This document shows positions 27,514-41,666 of a DNA stretch of 64,000 nt, in pieces; the first letter of the stretch is position 1, and every line of letters begins with the position of its first letter. The position numbers were made by a program, and so were the translations under genes. Below the pieces are notes generated by a model. It saw nothing but the letters and a program-made list of their open reading frames with translations. It was not told where the DNA came from and made no database searches. This DNA is from Botryllus schlosseri (lineage: Eukaryota), in the NCBI GenBank assembly GCA_051294905.1, contig CM119371.1, positions 21,578,001-21,642,000 on the forward strand. The letters run 5' to 3'.

Positions 27514-27740
27514 AATTAGAGCGTGAATTTGGACAGCACGGTATTGTGTACACTTGAGAATCAGAATTCATTTTTCCTCAAGTCTTTGCGAACGTTGATC
27601 GGGAAACACAGCAATCCAGGCCGGTTCGACGTTTTAAATAGAAAACAATTGCCTCAACGCAAGCTACTCACAACCCCTTTGTCTTGGACGTAAAATACAA
27701 AATACTGATTGCTTAGGCGCTTTCTCGTTTGTTGCTATTT

Positions 27741-28123
27741 GAGATAGTGTAGTGGTTACGATAAGCGCCCAGCACGCAGGCGAATCGCGTTCGATTCCCG
27801 TCGGAGGTTGATCTGGGCTCCTCTTCCCCTGCCGTTGCCGTTCTTACGGCGACAAAAAAGCCCAGAAAAAGACCCGACGAAAGAATGCACTCACAATGAA
27901 TGGAAAAGAACTAGTAGAAAGGGCCGCGGCTTCAAATAGATCAACATCGAAAAAGAACTGTGACATCGGGCACTCTAGGCCGAGGTGGATGTTAGAGTAA
28001 AGGATCGCTACTGATGCGTGTCGTTCTACATCCTCCTATCTGTTCATGACATCGCATTGTGTCTTATCGCATTGTACATTGTGTGTGACTCGTTCAGATA
28101 AAAATATATGTTATGTTATGTTA
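27741..28123 (+). mobile_element. tRNA-derived SINE
   Basis: A-box-like gagatagtgtagtgg, B-box gttcgattcc, (tgtta)n tail; homolog on the minus strand at 45082-45354. Confidence 0.75.
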
Positions 28124-28598
28124 CAATGGTCATTTACGCAACGTCATGCCGATATTCGTTATTAACCTTCTGTTTCTGCCGTCTTGGAGCAAGAAATGCT
28201 TATAGGCTTTTATAAGACAGTGCCCACGCAGATCGGATGAAAAGGAGAAGTCTTTAGATCCGGGGTGTCAAACATACAGCCCGCCAGACGATTTCATCCA
28301 GCCGGCTCCGGCCAAAATTGAAAAAATCCAACCGGATTATCCAATCGGGCTTCGGTCCGTGCTCTGCACTGGTTGTTACCGGTATAAACGAACCCGTGAC
28401 ATTGCTACCGCTAATTCCGAGAGGGGTAAAATGTGCAGGCTGATTTCAGAGTTTTTGAGGAAAATGGAACAAGACGTAGTTATTCACAGAAGCGAATAAA
28501 CTCCACTATTTACGGTGGATATATTAGTCATACAAAATATATGTTTCAAATATATGTAGTTGCACTGCGGTGTCACTTCCATGGTTATAACCAAGTCA

Positions 28599-29144
28599 CA
28601 AGGTTGCGAGTCTCAAGTCAACCTTACTTTGAAGGTTTGACTCGAGTCATTTTCAATTCACCTCCGAGTCAAGTCCAAGCTCAAGTCAGCGAGTAGATGG
28701 TCGTGTACGAGTCATAATGTTTTGACACGATTCCTAGTCCAAGTCATGATGTTTATTGTTCAGTTTTCAATTCAATCTGGTTCAACCCACTTTTTCAACT
28801 ATTCTCGAGTGATATATGGCTTGCATTCATAATATAATAATTTTCCTCAGTCGTAACCGTTTCCTGACCTATTTCCAAACATCAGGACTGATAAACGAAA
28901 TATCAATTATGTGGTAACTTTATTATTCATCGAAAATACAATGAAATGTCTGTCTTGGTCGTCCTTGTCTCGAGCCATGAGACTTGGTTCGAGTCATGCA
29001 CGATGACTCGAGTCCAAGTCGAGTTATTACAAAAATTGACTTGAGTCGAGACATTTTACACAATTGAAAAAATGAATCGAGTCAATTCGAGTCACGAAAA
29101 ATCGCGACTCGAGTCGAATGATGACTCGAGTCATTACAACCCTG
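28599..29144. mobile_element. MITE with GACTCGAGTC subterminal repeats
   Basis: Dense gagtc/caagtc motifs; right end tacaaccctg; left end and TSD degenerate. Confidence 0.55.
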
Positions 29145-29681
29145 GTCACGGGAATAGTCGAATCTCTTGGTCAGACCAGTTGACCTCCAGGTCGTACTGA
29201 TCATTCCTATCTGTTACGGAATACCGTACATGCGTATTTTCTGTACCACCATTATTCCTGTTTGTTTGTTTGTTATGTATTTCGTTTGGATGAAAATAAA
29301 GAATCTCCCTCCTCATACACAGAGCTAACGCTAGATTACGACTGGAGCAAATGGATCATATAAATATGCCAACTTATATCGTCGTTTTCGCCATTGTTTA
29401 ACGGTTCATATCGGTATTCAACCGGCCTATCATCGTATTTGCCAATTCCATTGTTCGCGGGAAAAGGTGTTACTATACTTGCTAGAATAAATTCCTTATG
29501 ATCATCGGTACTATGTAATATACAATTATCTCTACACATACTTGATAATAAAGTACTCAAGTGAAAAGATAGGGTATGATTTTGGAATCAGTTTACCGGT
29601 GCGGCCCGCGCGCGAATTGAAGGTCCGGCCCACGAAGCAATTTGAGTTTGACACTCCTGCTTTAGACGAACCTTTGTGGGT

Positions 29682-29880
29682 GGCGAGATAGCGCAGTGGT
29701 ATAATCCGCGGCTGCAACACCAATGGGTGCGGGTTCGAGTTCGATCGAGGTCGACTTCCGAATTCCGATACCTAAGTGTTGGAGGTGGGCCATGCTTTAA
29801 GTCGGCAGTTACGGAGAATAAGAAGATATCGGCCTGGTGTAAATGACAAACACCATGGATACCCCAAAACAAAGAAACAA
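29682..29880 (+). mobile_element. tRNA-derived SINE (second family)
   Basis: ggcgagatagcgcagtgg A-box, ggttcgagttc B-box, caaa-type tail; 5'-truncated relative at 53831-54041. Confidence 0.7.
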
Positions 29881-30906
29881 GATGTACCTTTCTCATTTGC
29901 AATCATCTGCTACATGCAACTACACGCAAATATGCTACATGCTACATGCATCTCTGCCCCTCAAGTGATGGGGGTTGGACGATCTCGAATGGGGTGGATA
30001 AAATTAGCTCGTGAATCAATTATAGAGTATTTGTTTTGGAATTCACTCAGTCGTTTTGGAAAAGTTGAAGTTGGTAATATTAGTTTACCAAAATGTACAA
30101 ATAAGTAAATAAATATTCACCAAAATCAAATAAATGAGATATGAAGAAATAGCTTTCAGGCAAGACCGTAGCTGTTGCACAGTCTACTCCACAATTTGAA
30201 TTAGAATTACTTTACATCTAAAAATAAAATATATGAGATAGTTGGTGATGCTTATGAATTTACAGGCGGTTCAGGCACTGAGAATGTGCATGTAAATTTA
30301 TTACATCTGATATGCTCACATCGATGTGGGGTGCAATATTATTCGGAGCGGGGCCAAATCACACCATCATATTTTGGCTCTGCTGTATAAACCGTTATTT
30401 GTAATAAATATTGGTCACTATAAACAACATAAATCCATGCACGAGTGAATAATTTGTCTGCATAATTTGCGTGTGAACAATATGCGGAATGAGTCCATGA
30501 CTCAAAAATCGGTCGTAACCATACTCTCACAGAAGCAGAGTCGCCATGTTCAGAAATAGGATAGATTCGAGTTTTACGTAGAGTTGGAATGTTTGTAAAG
30601 AAAAGGGGACGCATCTCTGCAGCTGATGACTTTGCTCTATTTCTAGCAATCGATGAAAACTATTTTCTTTTTTACAACTTAACAATGTCTAACAGTTCCC
30701 AAGTGCGGAATGATTCAACATCAGATTCATTCCCAGAGCCACCACGCACAGGGGATGGAAAATGTCCATAGAATCTGTAACTTCAGTTATTATAGAAAAA
30801 ACTTGATTAATGTGTATATTGAATTTCATTTCAGACGTTACTTGTCCTAAGCTTGTCCAAAATAACGAAAATCCAACTTGATAAAAGCGAACGGAAATCT
30901 TTCAAA

Positions 30907-30927
30907 ATGTCGCACGGCGATAGAGCG
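30907..30927 (+). CDS. Candidate coding exon 1 of an unknown helical protein (MSHGDRA)
   Basis: Acceptor tttcatttcag at 30834, AAAATG start context, donor gcg|gtatgt; phase 0. Confidence 0.4.
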
Positions 30928-31123
30928 GTATGTGTAGCTAATTTTCTGAATGTAGTTTGGGAAAGTTACTGGGAAATGAACTGCCCTTTTGAGCTGTTTT
31001 CACCTTATGATAAGCATTTATAACAGATAAAATAATGTGCCTGCTTTTCAATTATTGCTCCTTATCTCGTGATCAATGGTCTTGCGACATAGTCAACTGT
31101 ACAATGTACATTTATACTTTCAG

Positions 31124-31183
31124 GACAATCTCAAAGGTATAACATCAAAAATATTTGCTGATTTTAAAGGATGTGCAAAAGCG
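31124..31183 (+). CDS. Candidate coding exon 2 (DNLKGITSKIFADFKGCAKA)
   Basis: tactttcag| ... |gtaagt; 60 bp, open, phase 0-0. Confidence 0.55.
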
Positions 31184-34100
31184 GTAAGTTACATCCTATT
31201 GGCTCTATTAGGCTCGGACTACCTTAAAATGCGAAAATTAAACATACGAGATCACGCGAGGCGCAAGAAACTTCTTTCGAAAGATATACAGTATATATTA
31301 CATAGTTATGACAAAATATTATTATACCACATATATATTACATTGGTATGAAACGAAATGAAATATATCGAATACGAAACCTCACAAAGTTGAAACAAGG
31401 TAATGTGATAATGTACTCTATTAGATACCACAAACATGAGATACAATTCAAGCATGATCCAACTGTCTATGAGTATTATATAGACTATACTCATTTGGTT
31501 TAAATCAATGGTTCTTCCCTTTTCCCTCTAGCGCTCTTTTTCAGGAAGTTCCGTAGTCTGGCGACCTCCTGTCATATTTCATAGATTTTACTAAAGACGA
31601 TGGGCTAGCTACGGTATCATATTGAAGATAATCTACCATGTTTAAAGAAATATTATAGTCGTGAAACACCATGCATACAACAAACAACGGCGACGTTAAT
31701 GAGGTAGAGGTTAAAGCTCGGTCGATCTTTTCGGATTTGCACCTAAATATTTGAAATATTTCGTGCAGAATCGAACCCTATGAACACTCAACTAATTACC
31801 GATCTGATAATTAAGGTTCTTATGCCAACCGTGTGAGCTCCATCCTACTGCGAGCACCCAAATTACAATTCTGCGAATGATGATACAGTGAAATTGTATA
31901 TGGGGTTTGTTTCATTGCGGTGTTCGACTAGTAAATCAACTGATCTGATTTCTTATTTGTTTAGTTTGAAAAAATTGAGGGAATAATTCAACCAGTTCTT
32001 AACTTAAACATGAATGTAGCCCGATCAAACTATAACTAATATTAAATACTTGACATGTGAGCTTGTGGGTCACAACAATAAACTGCATCACTCTTTACGG
32101 TAAGATGAAGAAATATACTGACAGTTACATTTTGTCGCTCTCAACACAAGCATATTATATTTTATTAAGACCCAGACTGACACAAAGAATGTCCATTGTA
32201 CAAATACGGTAAATAAGGGGGTTAAAGCGGCCAAGATCTTAATTTGACTCTCACAGGATTACTTTCCCGGTTTTCGATGCGCAGTGTGCTGCAAGATACA
32301 AAACCTAGTTCGGAACAATTCGTCGAGAATAACCCTATCTGGTAACTGTGTCAAGAAGAACTTTGCAATCAAATAGCATATGTGCAAAAAGCCCGTAAGC
32401 CACATCTTACAATAAATATAATAACTACTACGCTTGTGGAAACATTTCGCTGGTATATTACGCGCAAACCGTGACGAAACATTTTACGATTTTCTAGATT
32501 TTGTCAGAATTTTTCAATTTGCAAGGAGAGCACATTTTATAGAACATCAGTTCCACAATCTGACTATATTTTCTCATGAGAAATACTAGAATATCCATAC
32601 GGGTAAACATATATTTAGAGCCTCCTCCACATCACCTCTGAGTGTTTTCGTCCCCTTCAAAATCCAAATTACCCCGGGGGTGCTGGAGGCAAGGTTGAAA
32701 ACCATGTTAAAATCATACGAAATGGGGTTCTTGGAGGTACAGAACTTCAATATACCATTTATTATTATATTCATATTGAAATGACCCGAATATTTTCGGC
32801 TATCACTCGTCAGGCGCAATCGTCAGCAACTAGTATAGAGATTTGGACATAACCGTGGTTGATCAACCCGTTATCACTGAGGCCACTGTCAATAGTGAAG
32901 CAAACCGTCCAAACAAGCATTTGAATTGGTCGTTTTTTTCCTTCTTGCCAGCCATATAACCAGGCTTCGTGTTGTCCACTATCAATCCCTACCATTCATC
33001 AGACCAGTGGTTCTTAAACATTTTCTTCAAGCGCCTCTTTTCCCAAATTGCCCTAGTTTTGTGTCCCATAAAGACTGTACTTAAAAAAACTTATCTAAGG
33101 TTGAAGCTCGGTCGGTATTTTTGGGTTTGGATGGAAATATTTCGCCGTTTGATCGTGAGCGATGATCACTCGACCAATTGCGTTGGAGTTCATATATAAA
33201 CATCTCGAATCCACCTCTGTGATAGGCAATAGAGTGAAGATCACCGTATATGGTTTTGTTTTATAGCTTTGTGAATCTAGTAAATAATTTGAAAATTTAG
33301 TACATGTATCTGCTCACACAAATATAGGCATACTCAACCCGGTTCTTAACGTATCATGAATATAAAATATACATACACCAAGCACAGCAGCCCTAATTAT
33401 AATATCTTGAACACAGATACCAAATTTTTCGGGGCCATGGCAGGAGCCGAAATGCCCGTAATCACAAATTATTCGCAATAATCCGCACTCTGGAACCCTT
33501 CTGAAATTAATTACCTGCAACACCTTCTACGCAACACTTACCGCAGCCCGATACATTTGGCACTGTGGGCTCGCAGAAAATTGGTAGTAAATGATAAGTC
33601 CTTAGGGTTGCATTATAAAAATCAATTATTAAAAAAAATGTTTAAAAAAAGGCCTTAATTTAAATCATGTTTTTATCGTTTTTTTCTTTGCCATGACGTC
33701 ACGAATATTCGATTGGCTTGACATTGACATTTGAAAATATAGGGTAAATATAGCGGATTTCAACCATCCCATATCGGTATACTTCGGCTTAATCGGACGG
33801 TAATCGTCAGTAGGCTCATACAAAATGTTTTATAAAGTATTTACACAAATATGGCATAATTTGACAAGTAAAAAAAATTTTTTTTTCGAAAAGGCTTTTG
33901 TTGAAAAAGTGATTTAAAACAATGTTAGTTTCAAATGCAACCCTTCAAGTGCTTAAGCGAGAACTGCATCAGTGATGGTTAAAAGTCGCCGATACCAATA
34001 CACCAATTAATGCGATGTGCCTAAATTAATTTGCATGCATCTGCTGACTTCGTTGCAAGGTAAACAACTGCGCTATTCAGGGCTGTAGCTATGTAAAAAG

Positions 34101-34346
34101 TAGGCTTTTTCTGCCTGTTTGCGTGAAACGTATAGCAGAATCATCGATGTATTATATATTCTAATAAGATCGCGAATGAGCTCAATTGACATATTCATTC
34201 GATTAAAATGAAGGTAAAATATCCTTTTTTCGAGAAATATTTGGGATGAGGATTCCAATTTGAACAGAAACATTGGGGATGCGCTTGCTAACCACCAATT
34301 AGGGAGGTTTGGGTTGCGGCAGTTACGGTCGTGGCTGCGACATTCA

Positions 34347-37155
34347 CAGAGGTGGTCAAAGTAGGAAAGAAAGCTACTCAAGTAGAGCTAGAAGTAGCGA
34401 CGCAAAAATATACGCAAGTACGAGTAGATGTACTTCTTTCATAAGCAAATTTAAACTACTTGAAGTAGAAGTAGAATTGACTGGCTTTAAGTCTACTCAA
34501 GTAAGTAAGTAGTTGTAAAAACGATCGTAATTTGTTCGCATGGACTGTCAAAAGATGCAAATTGAGCAATGCGGAAGCAGTAGAGAGCTTGATTCATATT
34601 GATGAATCCCACGACGTGTCAATTTTGACAGAATAAGCAGTCGTCCACATCATGGGATGAAAATGATAGTATTGATATAGAAATGCGATACTAATCCTTT
34701 GTTTACTCGAACACTCCGTTTTAAAGAATTTCATGGCATGGCGCCCTCCTCCATATTATAAGGCCCCTAGTTTTGTCGAAGAGCAATACGAAAAAGTTGT
34801 ATCGGATACGGATTTAACTCTTTGCGCAATTAGTATACGTTAATTAAAAATATTACAGATCGTCAAAATCCCGTATCGTGTATAGCTTTATTTTCGGAAA
34901 ATATATGGCATTAGGCCTACTAGACTTGCTTTTATACTCCCACATGTATGTTTTCCAGACAAAATAACTGAAATTATAATTAGAACTCAACGTATAATAC
35001 TCGTAATTGAAAGAAAAACACAAATACTACGGAAAAGCGGAAAAATATATTTCATGTCTATTGTCCAGAAAGTTTCAACGGTGGTCTGCGAAAACAGGTC
35101 TAACGTTAGAAAAGTCAAAGTCCACCTTTCCAGATTAGGACATGACAGGCTGTGGAGTCGGTGGAGTCGGAGTCGGATTTTGACTAATTTTCGCTTGATG
35201 GAGTCGGAGTTTGTGAAAATTACCCTGACTTCGACTCCGACTCTAACTTCTGTATCATGAATATAATAATATATAATAGTAATATATTAACTATAACAAT
35301 AGGATTTTTATGTTCTATCAATCACTGTTGTTAGTAACGATACAGATCAGGGGCGGCCAAACCATGCTCCGCAGGCCAAATGTGGCCCGCTGGTAGGTTT
35401 TGTGTGGCCTGCGAGGGAATTCTCGAAATTAGATATAGAATCAGGTAAAATGGCAAGGCCAACCAAAATTTGATTAGCCTGCATAACCGCGAAATTTGAC
35501 GATGACTCTAACATCAGTTTCGACGCATTGGCGTATCCAGGGGCCAGTCACATTCATCACATATCTTCGTATATAACCATAAAGCAGATTTATTTGACTT
35601 GAAATTTTTCTTAACACTTCGCATGATTTATCGTCACATTTCTTGCATCTAGTATTGAAACCCCTCCTGAAAATGATAAATACACGTAATTTACAGAATT
35701 GAGTCCAACTATGCTCGCAACTGGGAGATAACGTGTCGTTCATCATACGACTTCGCTTGTGCGCTCGAAGCGAGGTCGTCGGCGATGAAACATTTGCACA
35801 AAATGACAGAGGCATGTTCACCGAAACCGTCGATGTTGCTATGTCTAAAACACCAGATAATCCTGTCCATGCCGAATAAGCACATTGTCATACAGAGGCG
35901 ACCCCCAATATATGCAAGTAAATATAATTATGGGTCGAATTCATTCATTAACTTTGAAGAAATGTCGGGCTTCGCGCGATCAGGGCATGACCGCACACTA
36001 TGTACAGTTGCACACGGATTTTTCGTGACATAATTGTTATCAATTATAAGACGTAGTTACATAAGTCTTGTTTTCAATGTTACCTAATTCGGTTCGTTTA
36101 TATCAGTCGACTAAAAATACGTTATCAACATTCAAGTTGCCAGCGCAATGGTTAGTAAATCTCATGTGGTCCTTTCGCCGAGAAGGTTGGACACCCCTGA
36201 CATAGATAAACTTGGACATTATTTGCAAAATACAATTCAGTTGCATAGAGGAACAAAGAAGCAATTTGCATCTTCGCGATGCAGTCACAAATTGATGCGC
36301 TTTTTGGAATTATACCATGATATTGTGACAGAGGAAATATATCGTCTGGCTGTTTAATTGATGTAAATATAACCAAACGCTCCTTCCCACTTGACAAAAT
36401 TAAGAATATTTGTAGTGTAGCTTAGCTGCTTGGGTCGAACAAAGGCTTAAGAAAGACTGCAAGTCCAAGTCCTTGAATAATTGACTAGGTTCATGTAGAC
36501 TAGACATATGCTATTTGACTATTTACTACATTTCGTTTTGACTATTTCCTAAATTTCATTTATAACCAATGTCTATTAGTAGTGAGAGTGTGTGGGCTTG
36601 TAATCAGTACAGTGTGTAATGAGAAAATTAGTGAGATGCATCTCTGTATAGGTTGCTGACTCATACACAAGAGCAACACTTGGATTGTATTATCTACATT
36701 TTAATTATACGGGATGGGATAGATGTCGTCTTTGAATGATTCGTACATATTAGGTTATTAGAGAGTCCATGACATGAGGAAGGATATCTAAAAGGCAATC
36801 TTTCATGCACAGTGATTAATTCGAGCTGTGTCACAACGAAACAATTTTGCATGCCATCGTTAATCACTCCATATCTACTGTGCGCGAAGGGTAACGAAAA
36901 TTCTGGGTATTACATAACTTTTATGAAAATTAAATGTTGGCACTACGTGAAAACAGGATATCTTTCTTATTGGGGGATTAAACTATTATTACCTTACCAA
37001 CTGAAAGTAGCGAAAAGTAAGCAAGTAATTCACAAAATATTACGAATTCGAAGTAGAAGTAGCGGAAAAAGATCTACTTGACCAAGTACCAGAAGTAGAG
37101 GAAAATACTTGAGTACTTCGAAAAACTAGAAGTACTTCGTTACTGACCACCTCTG
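34347..37155. mobile_element. CAGAGGTG-family MITE (inverted relative to the 52540 copy), containing a partial GGAGTC-family element (~35146-36810)
   Basis: cagaggtggtcaaagtag / tgaccacctctg; AGTAGAAGTAG arrays; TSD not clean. Confidence 0.75.
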
Positions 37156-38396
37156 CATTCGACCCTCTGTTTTTTTCTCCAAGATATCATATACAATATC
37201 GATAAACCATGAATAATAATCAAAAAATTCAGCTATATTACAGTTTATAAGGAGTCCGTCTTGAATCGAATTCGATAACGTTTGCGAATGCCTGTCTCTG
37301 CCTGTGACAAACGTATAAGTCGAAAATATTCCGATTAATTATATTTATTTCTTGAAATTACCCTAAAAGTTCCATTGTCTAATTTAAAACTAAATCTGGC
37401 AAAACATTAGTTGAAGCTTTTTTCTTGAGCATTTTGTAATCTCTCCTTGCGTAAAGCTGCCGAAAATTATATCCTTCGTATGCAATAGTCTCATGTCATT
37501 GATTTTCGTAATCTCAAACCACAAGCGGGCTGCAGAAAATAACCTCGCGAGTCAGTGACTCTTTTTCAAGTTGATATCAGGGCAACATCAGACGGGATAA
37601 CGATACCTTTCATCATAGAATGTACCGCTATAGTAAATACATGTCACCAATCACTGCTAATATCCACCGGTCGTGCGCAGCGATTATACCGGTGTTCATC
37701 GCTTCGAACGGCACATAAACGTATAAGACCGTCGCGGAGGTATCCAATATATTCACTAATCCGTCTACACTTATATCAACGATGATAAAATATCCAATTA
37801 GTCCTTCACAAGAATTCAAACTCCAATACGTCGACCCATTCCCATCGAGAAATAATTGTTACCAGACAAAAACTCAAATTTTCACCGTCTGAATTCCATA
37901 TGGGCTTGGTAGTCGTGACTTGTAACGATGGGTTACCCACTACGCAAAGCGGAGCGGAATGAATCTAATGGGAGTTGAATATGATTGCGCGTAGTGAAAA
38001 TAGTATTTTCAATTTAGATGGATATTTCGATCGGCATATGCACTAATACTGGTATATTATCAAATATTGAAAGTATTACCGTCAATAATGCCATAGATAT
38101 CCATTTTTACAAGATAGCTACTGGAAAATCGCGCCAACAAAATATGTTGCGGTTGAACATCAATTAGGAATTTAAATTCTGTCTTCGCTCCATCCTACAA
38201 TCTCTATAGTCGCACACAACTGGTTGTCTGCAACTTCATCACTTCACACATGACATAAAACGTAGCCTAAAATTGGAAATGCATCCGTTTTAATGTACAA
38301 TACTTTGGTCGCAAGATGCCACCAAACCTCACATTTTGGGGGACTGTCTACAAAGTTTAAGAATCATATTGTTATACAGTATCAGGGTATATACAT

Positions 38397-39012
38397 TAGG
38401 GCTGTTCAAAAATAACTTTTTTTCCCGGATTTCAGCCATTCACTGATTAAATTGTCAGGTTACCCTAAAAAACGCTACACACCAAATTTGGTTCAATTCT
38501 AACAAGTATAGGACTCCGCTGATCCAATTAAAATTTTTAATTTATTATGGAAAATTAAAAAAAAAACAATTTCAAATTTTCCTGCCAACCCCATGAAATT
38601 GTTGAGCTGTCTTCAAAGACGTTGCAAAACAAATTTGAGTCAATTTCGACCAGTAGAAGCGGAGTTATGTGAGTTTTTCGTTGATAAATCGCGGATTATC
38701 TTTGATTGGTGGATAATCCGCGATTTATCAACGAAAAACTCACATAACTCCGCTTCTACTGGTCGAAATTGACTCAAATTTGTTTTGCAACGTCTTTGAA
38801 GACAGCTCAACAATTTCATGGGGTTGGCAGAAAAATTTGAATTTTTTTTTTTAATTTTCCATGATAAATTAAAAATTTTAATTGGATCTGCGGAGTCCTA
38901 TACTTGTTACAATTGAACCAAATTTGGTGTGTAGCGTTTTTTAGGGTAACCTGACAATTTAATCAGTGAATGGCTGGAATCCGGGAAAAAAAGTTATTTT
39001 TGAACAGCCCTA
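38397..39012. mobile_element. Near-perfect palindromic hAT-type MITE (616 bp)
   Basis: ~300-bp arms (tagggctgttcaaaaataac / gttatttttgaacagcccta), ~11-nt centre near 38701-38711; perfect TSD atatacat. Confidence 0.95.
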
Positions 39013-39421
39013 ATATACATAGCCTTAGTTGAGTTTTGCAGTTTTAGGTGTGCGTGAGCGATACAACGCCTTTGTGCAATGTATATTTAACTCCATATTC
39101 GTTTCTCGGTGCAGAATAAATACAGACTCAATTAAACTTCAATCTGTCAGCAAAACTCGAATACTATGAATCATACCTCATACTTCCAAAATTCAACTCG
39201 ACTTCATTCGTCACTTGTCTCGTGACTTGAGCTGACGAGGCCCGCATCAAAATGCGAAATGACTCGAGATGTCTCATGAATCGAAGGTATCAGTGACTGG
39301 CTCCCGAAACTACTCTGTATCCGACTGGAATCATTCATGTTATTGTCCTAATCGTATCGTACTTACCCGATATGGATGCTCAATCATGTTGCATGTCACG
39401 TTCACTGTTCGCAGTGTACTC

Positions 39422-41332
39422 CAGGGCTGTGGAGTCGGTAAATTTTACCACCGACTCCGGCTCCGACTCCACACATTTTCAATATACCGACTCCGACTCC
39501 CGACTCCGACTCCAGCATTATTACCAATTTACTTCGAAAATTATATGCCACATTGTCGGTTGAATGACTATCATACAAACATTAAACATATGCAAACGGT
39601 GACATGATAAATTGTTTCATTGTGGAACAGCTCGAATTATCCACTATGCAATTTACATGAAAGAAAGACTTGCTAAATATCCTTCCTTTTTCAAGTTTTT
39701 ATAACATGGACTCTCTAATATACTGAAATGTATGAATCATTCAAATAGGGCAGATGTCCAATCCTGTATAATAAAAATGTAGATAAAAAATCCAAGTGTA
39801 GTTCTTGTATATGATTCAGCAACTAATAAAGAGATTGAACTTACTAATTTTGCCATTGCACACTATCCTAATTACAAGCACACACATTCTTACTACTAAT
39901 AGTTATTGATCATAAATGGAATTTAGTTAAGTAGTCAAAGACCATAGCCTATGTCCAGTCTACATGTACTTTAATCAAGTATTCAAGGATTGGGACTTGC
40001 AGTCTTTCTTAATCATTTGTTCGACCCGAACAGCTAAGCTACACGACAAATATTTTAAATTTTGTCCAGTGGGAAGCACCCTTTGGTCATATTTACATCA
40101 TTTTGACAATTTTACAAAACCAGCCGATGCATTTGCTCTGTCACAGTATCATCGTATAATTCCAAAAATTGCATCAATTTTGACTGCATCGCCAAAACGC
40201 ATATTGCGATTTTCTTCCCCTCTGCAACTGAGTTGTGATTTGCAAGTAATGTCCAATTTTATCTATATCTGGGGTGGGCAACTTTTTCGGCCAAAGGGAC
40301 ACATGAGATATACGAACCATTGCGCGGGCAACTGGAATGTTGATAGCCTTTTTTAGTCGTCCGATAGGAGCGAACCGAATTAGGTAACATTGCAAACAAG
40401 ACTTATATTGATACGCTCTAAAATTGATAACAATATATGTCATGCAACTGTGCAGTGCGCAACGAGGGTCAGGTCGCGCCAAGGGCGAAATTTTTTGGCA
40501 AGATAATGACTGAATTATATCAATAAATATGTTGATAACATACATTGGGGCTCGCATCTGTATACCATTGGGCTCATTTGGCAAGGACAGGATTATTCGA
40601 CGTTTAGACATAGCAAAATCGACGGTATCAGTGAACATGAACATGCCTCTATCATTTTGTGCAAATGTTTTGTCGACGATCTCGCTGCGAGTGCACAAGC
40701 GAAGCCGCTTGTTAGGCGACACGTTATCTCCTAATTGCGAGTATAATTTTCAGAAGTGGGCTCAAATACTGAGTGCAAGAAATCTAGTGACAATGAATCA
40801 TGCAAAGTACCGAGAATAATTTCAAGTCAAATAAATCTGCTATGAAATATTCTACTTTATGGTCATATACGAAGATTTGGGATAAATGTGACTGGCCCCT
40901 GGATACGTCAATGCGTCAGAACTGTTGTTTTAGTCATCATCAAATTTCGCGGTCATGCTAATCAAATTTTGGTTGTCCTTGCAATTGTACCTGATGTCAT
41001 AAATAATTTCGAGAATTACCTCGCAGGCCACACCTAACCTTCTCGTGTGCCAAATTGGGCCTGCGTGCCACGGGCTGGCCGCACCAGATCTGTATGGGTA
41101 TTAATAACAGTGATTGGTGGTACATAAAAAATTCTATTGAAAATTCTTCGAAAACAAATGTTTTCATGATGGAGAAGTTGGAGTCGGAGTCGGAGTTGAA
41201 GTCACGGTCATTTTCACAAACTCCGACTCCGACTCCAGTCAGTATTTTTCCACCGACTCCGACTCCATCAACGAAAATTACCCAGACTCCGACTCCGACT
41301 CCACCGACTCCGACTATGAGTCCACAGCCCTG
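39422..41332. mobile_element. hAT-type element with GGAGTC/GACTCC subterminal arrays, containing an older Charlie-like insert (~40269-41088)
   Basis: cagggctgtgga / tccacagccctg; perfect TSD gtgtactc. Confidence 0.9.
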
Positions 41333-41468
41333 GTGTACTCCACATCGATCTGTGTAAGGCTTATTCATAATTAAACTGAGTAAATTATTTATGATCAGGC
41401 GTGTGAAACTGACGTTCTTGAGTCTTGTTTCACTAAATTAAATGAGTTTATTATATTCTCGTCGACAG

Positions 41469-41666
41469 GCATTGCCCCTTGGCGTGAGACGTGGAGAAGA
41501 CACTTTTGTAAATTCATGTGAGCAACATAAATCGAGGCACTTGGAATTTTTGGAAAAATGGTGTCGTGAGAATGGGATTGCAGACCATGAAATTCTAAAG
41601 GCGCACATTGACCTTGTTGCTAAAATTGAGAAACATATTTTGGAATTATTGGATGAACTTCAACAG
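41469..41666 (+). CDS. Candidate coding exon 3 (ALPLGVRRGEDTF...ILELLDELQQ)
   Basis: tctcgtcgacag| ... cag|gtaata; 198 bp, open, phase 0-0; amphipathic helical composition; lies in unique sequence between repeats. Confidence 0.6.

Noticed and set aside
27741..27810. tRNA genes here and at 29682 and 45290-45354
   Set aside because: A/B boxes are present but I cannot fold a cloverleaf; they continue into shared bodies and simple-repeat tails, so they are SINE heads.
40997..41368. PT-repeat / GV-repeat ORFs (also 39269-39607)
   Set aside because: Translation of GACTCC subterminal arrays of a MITE.
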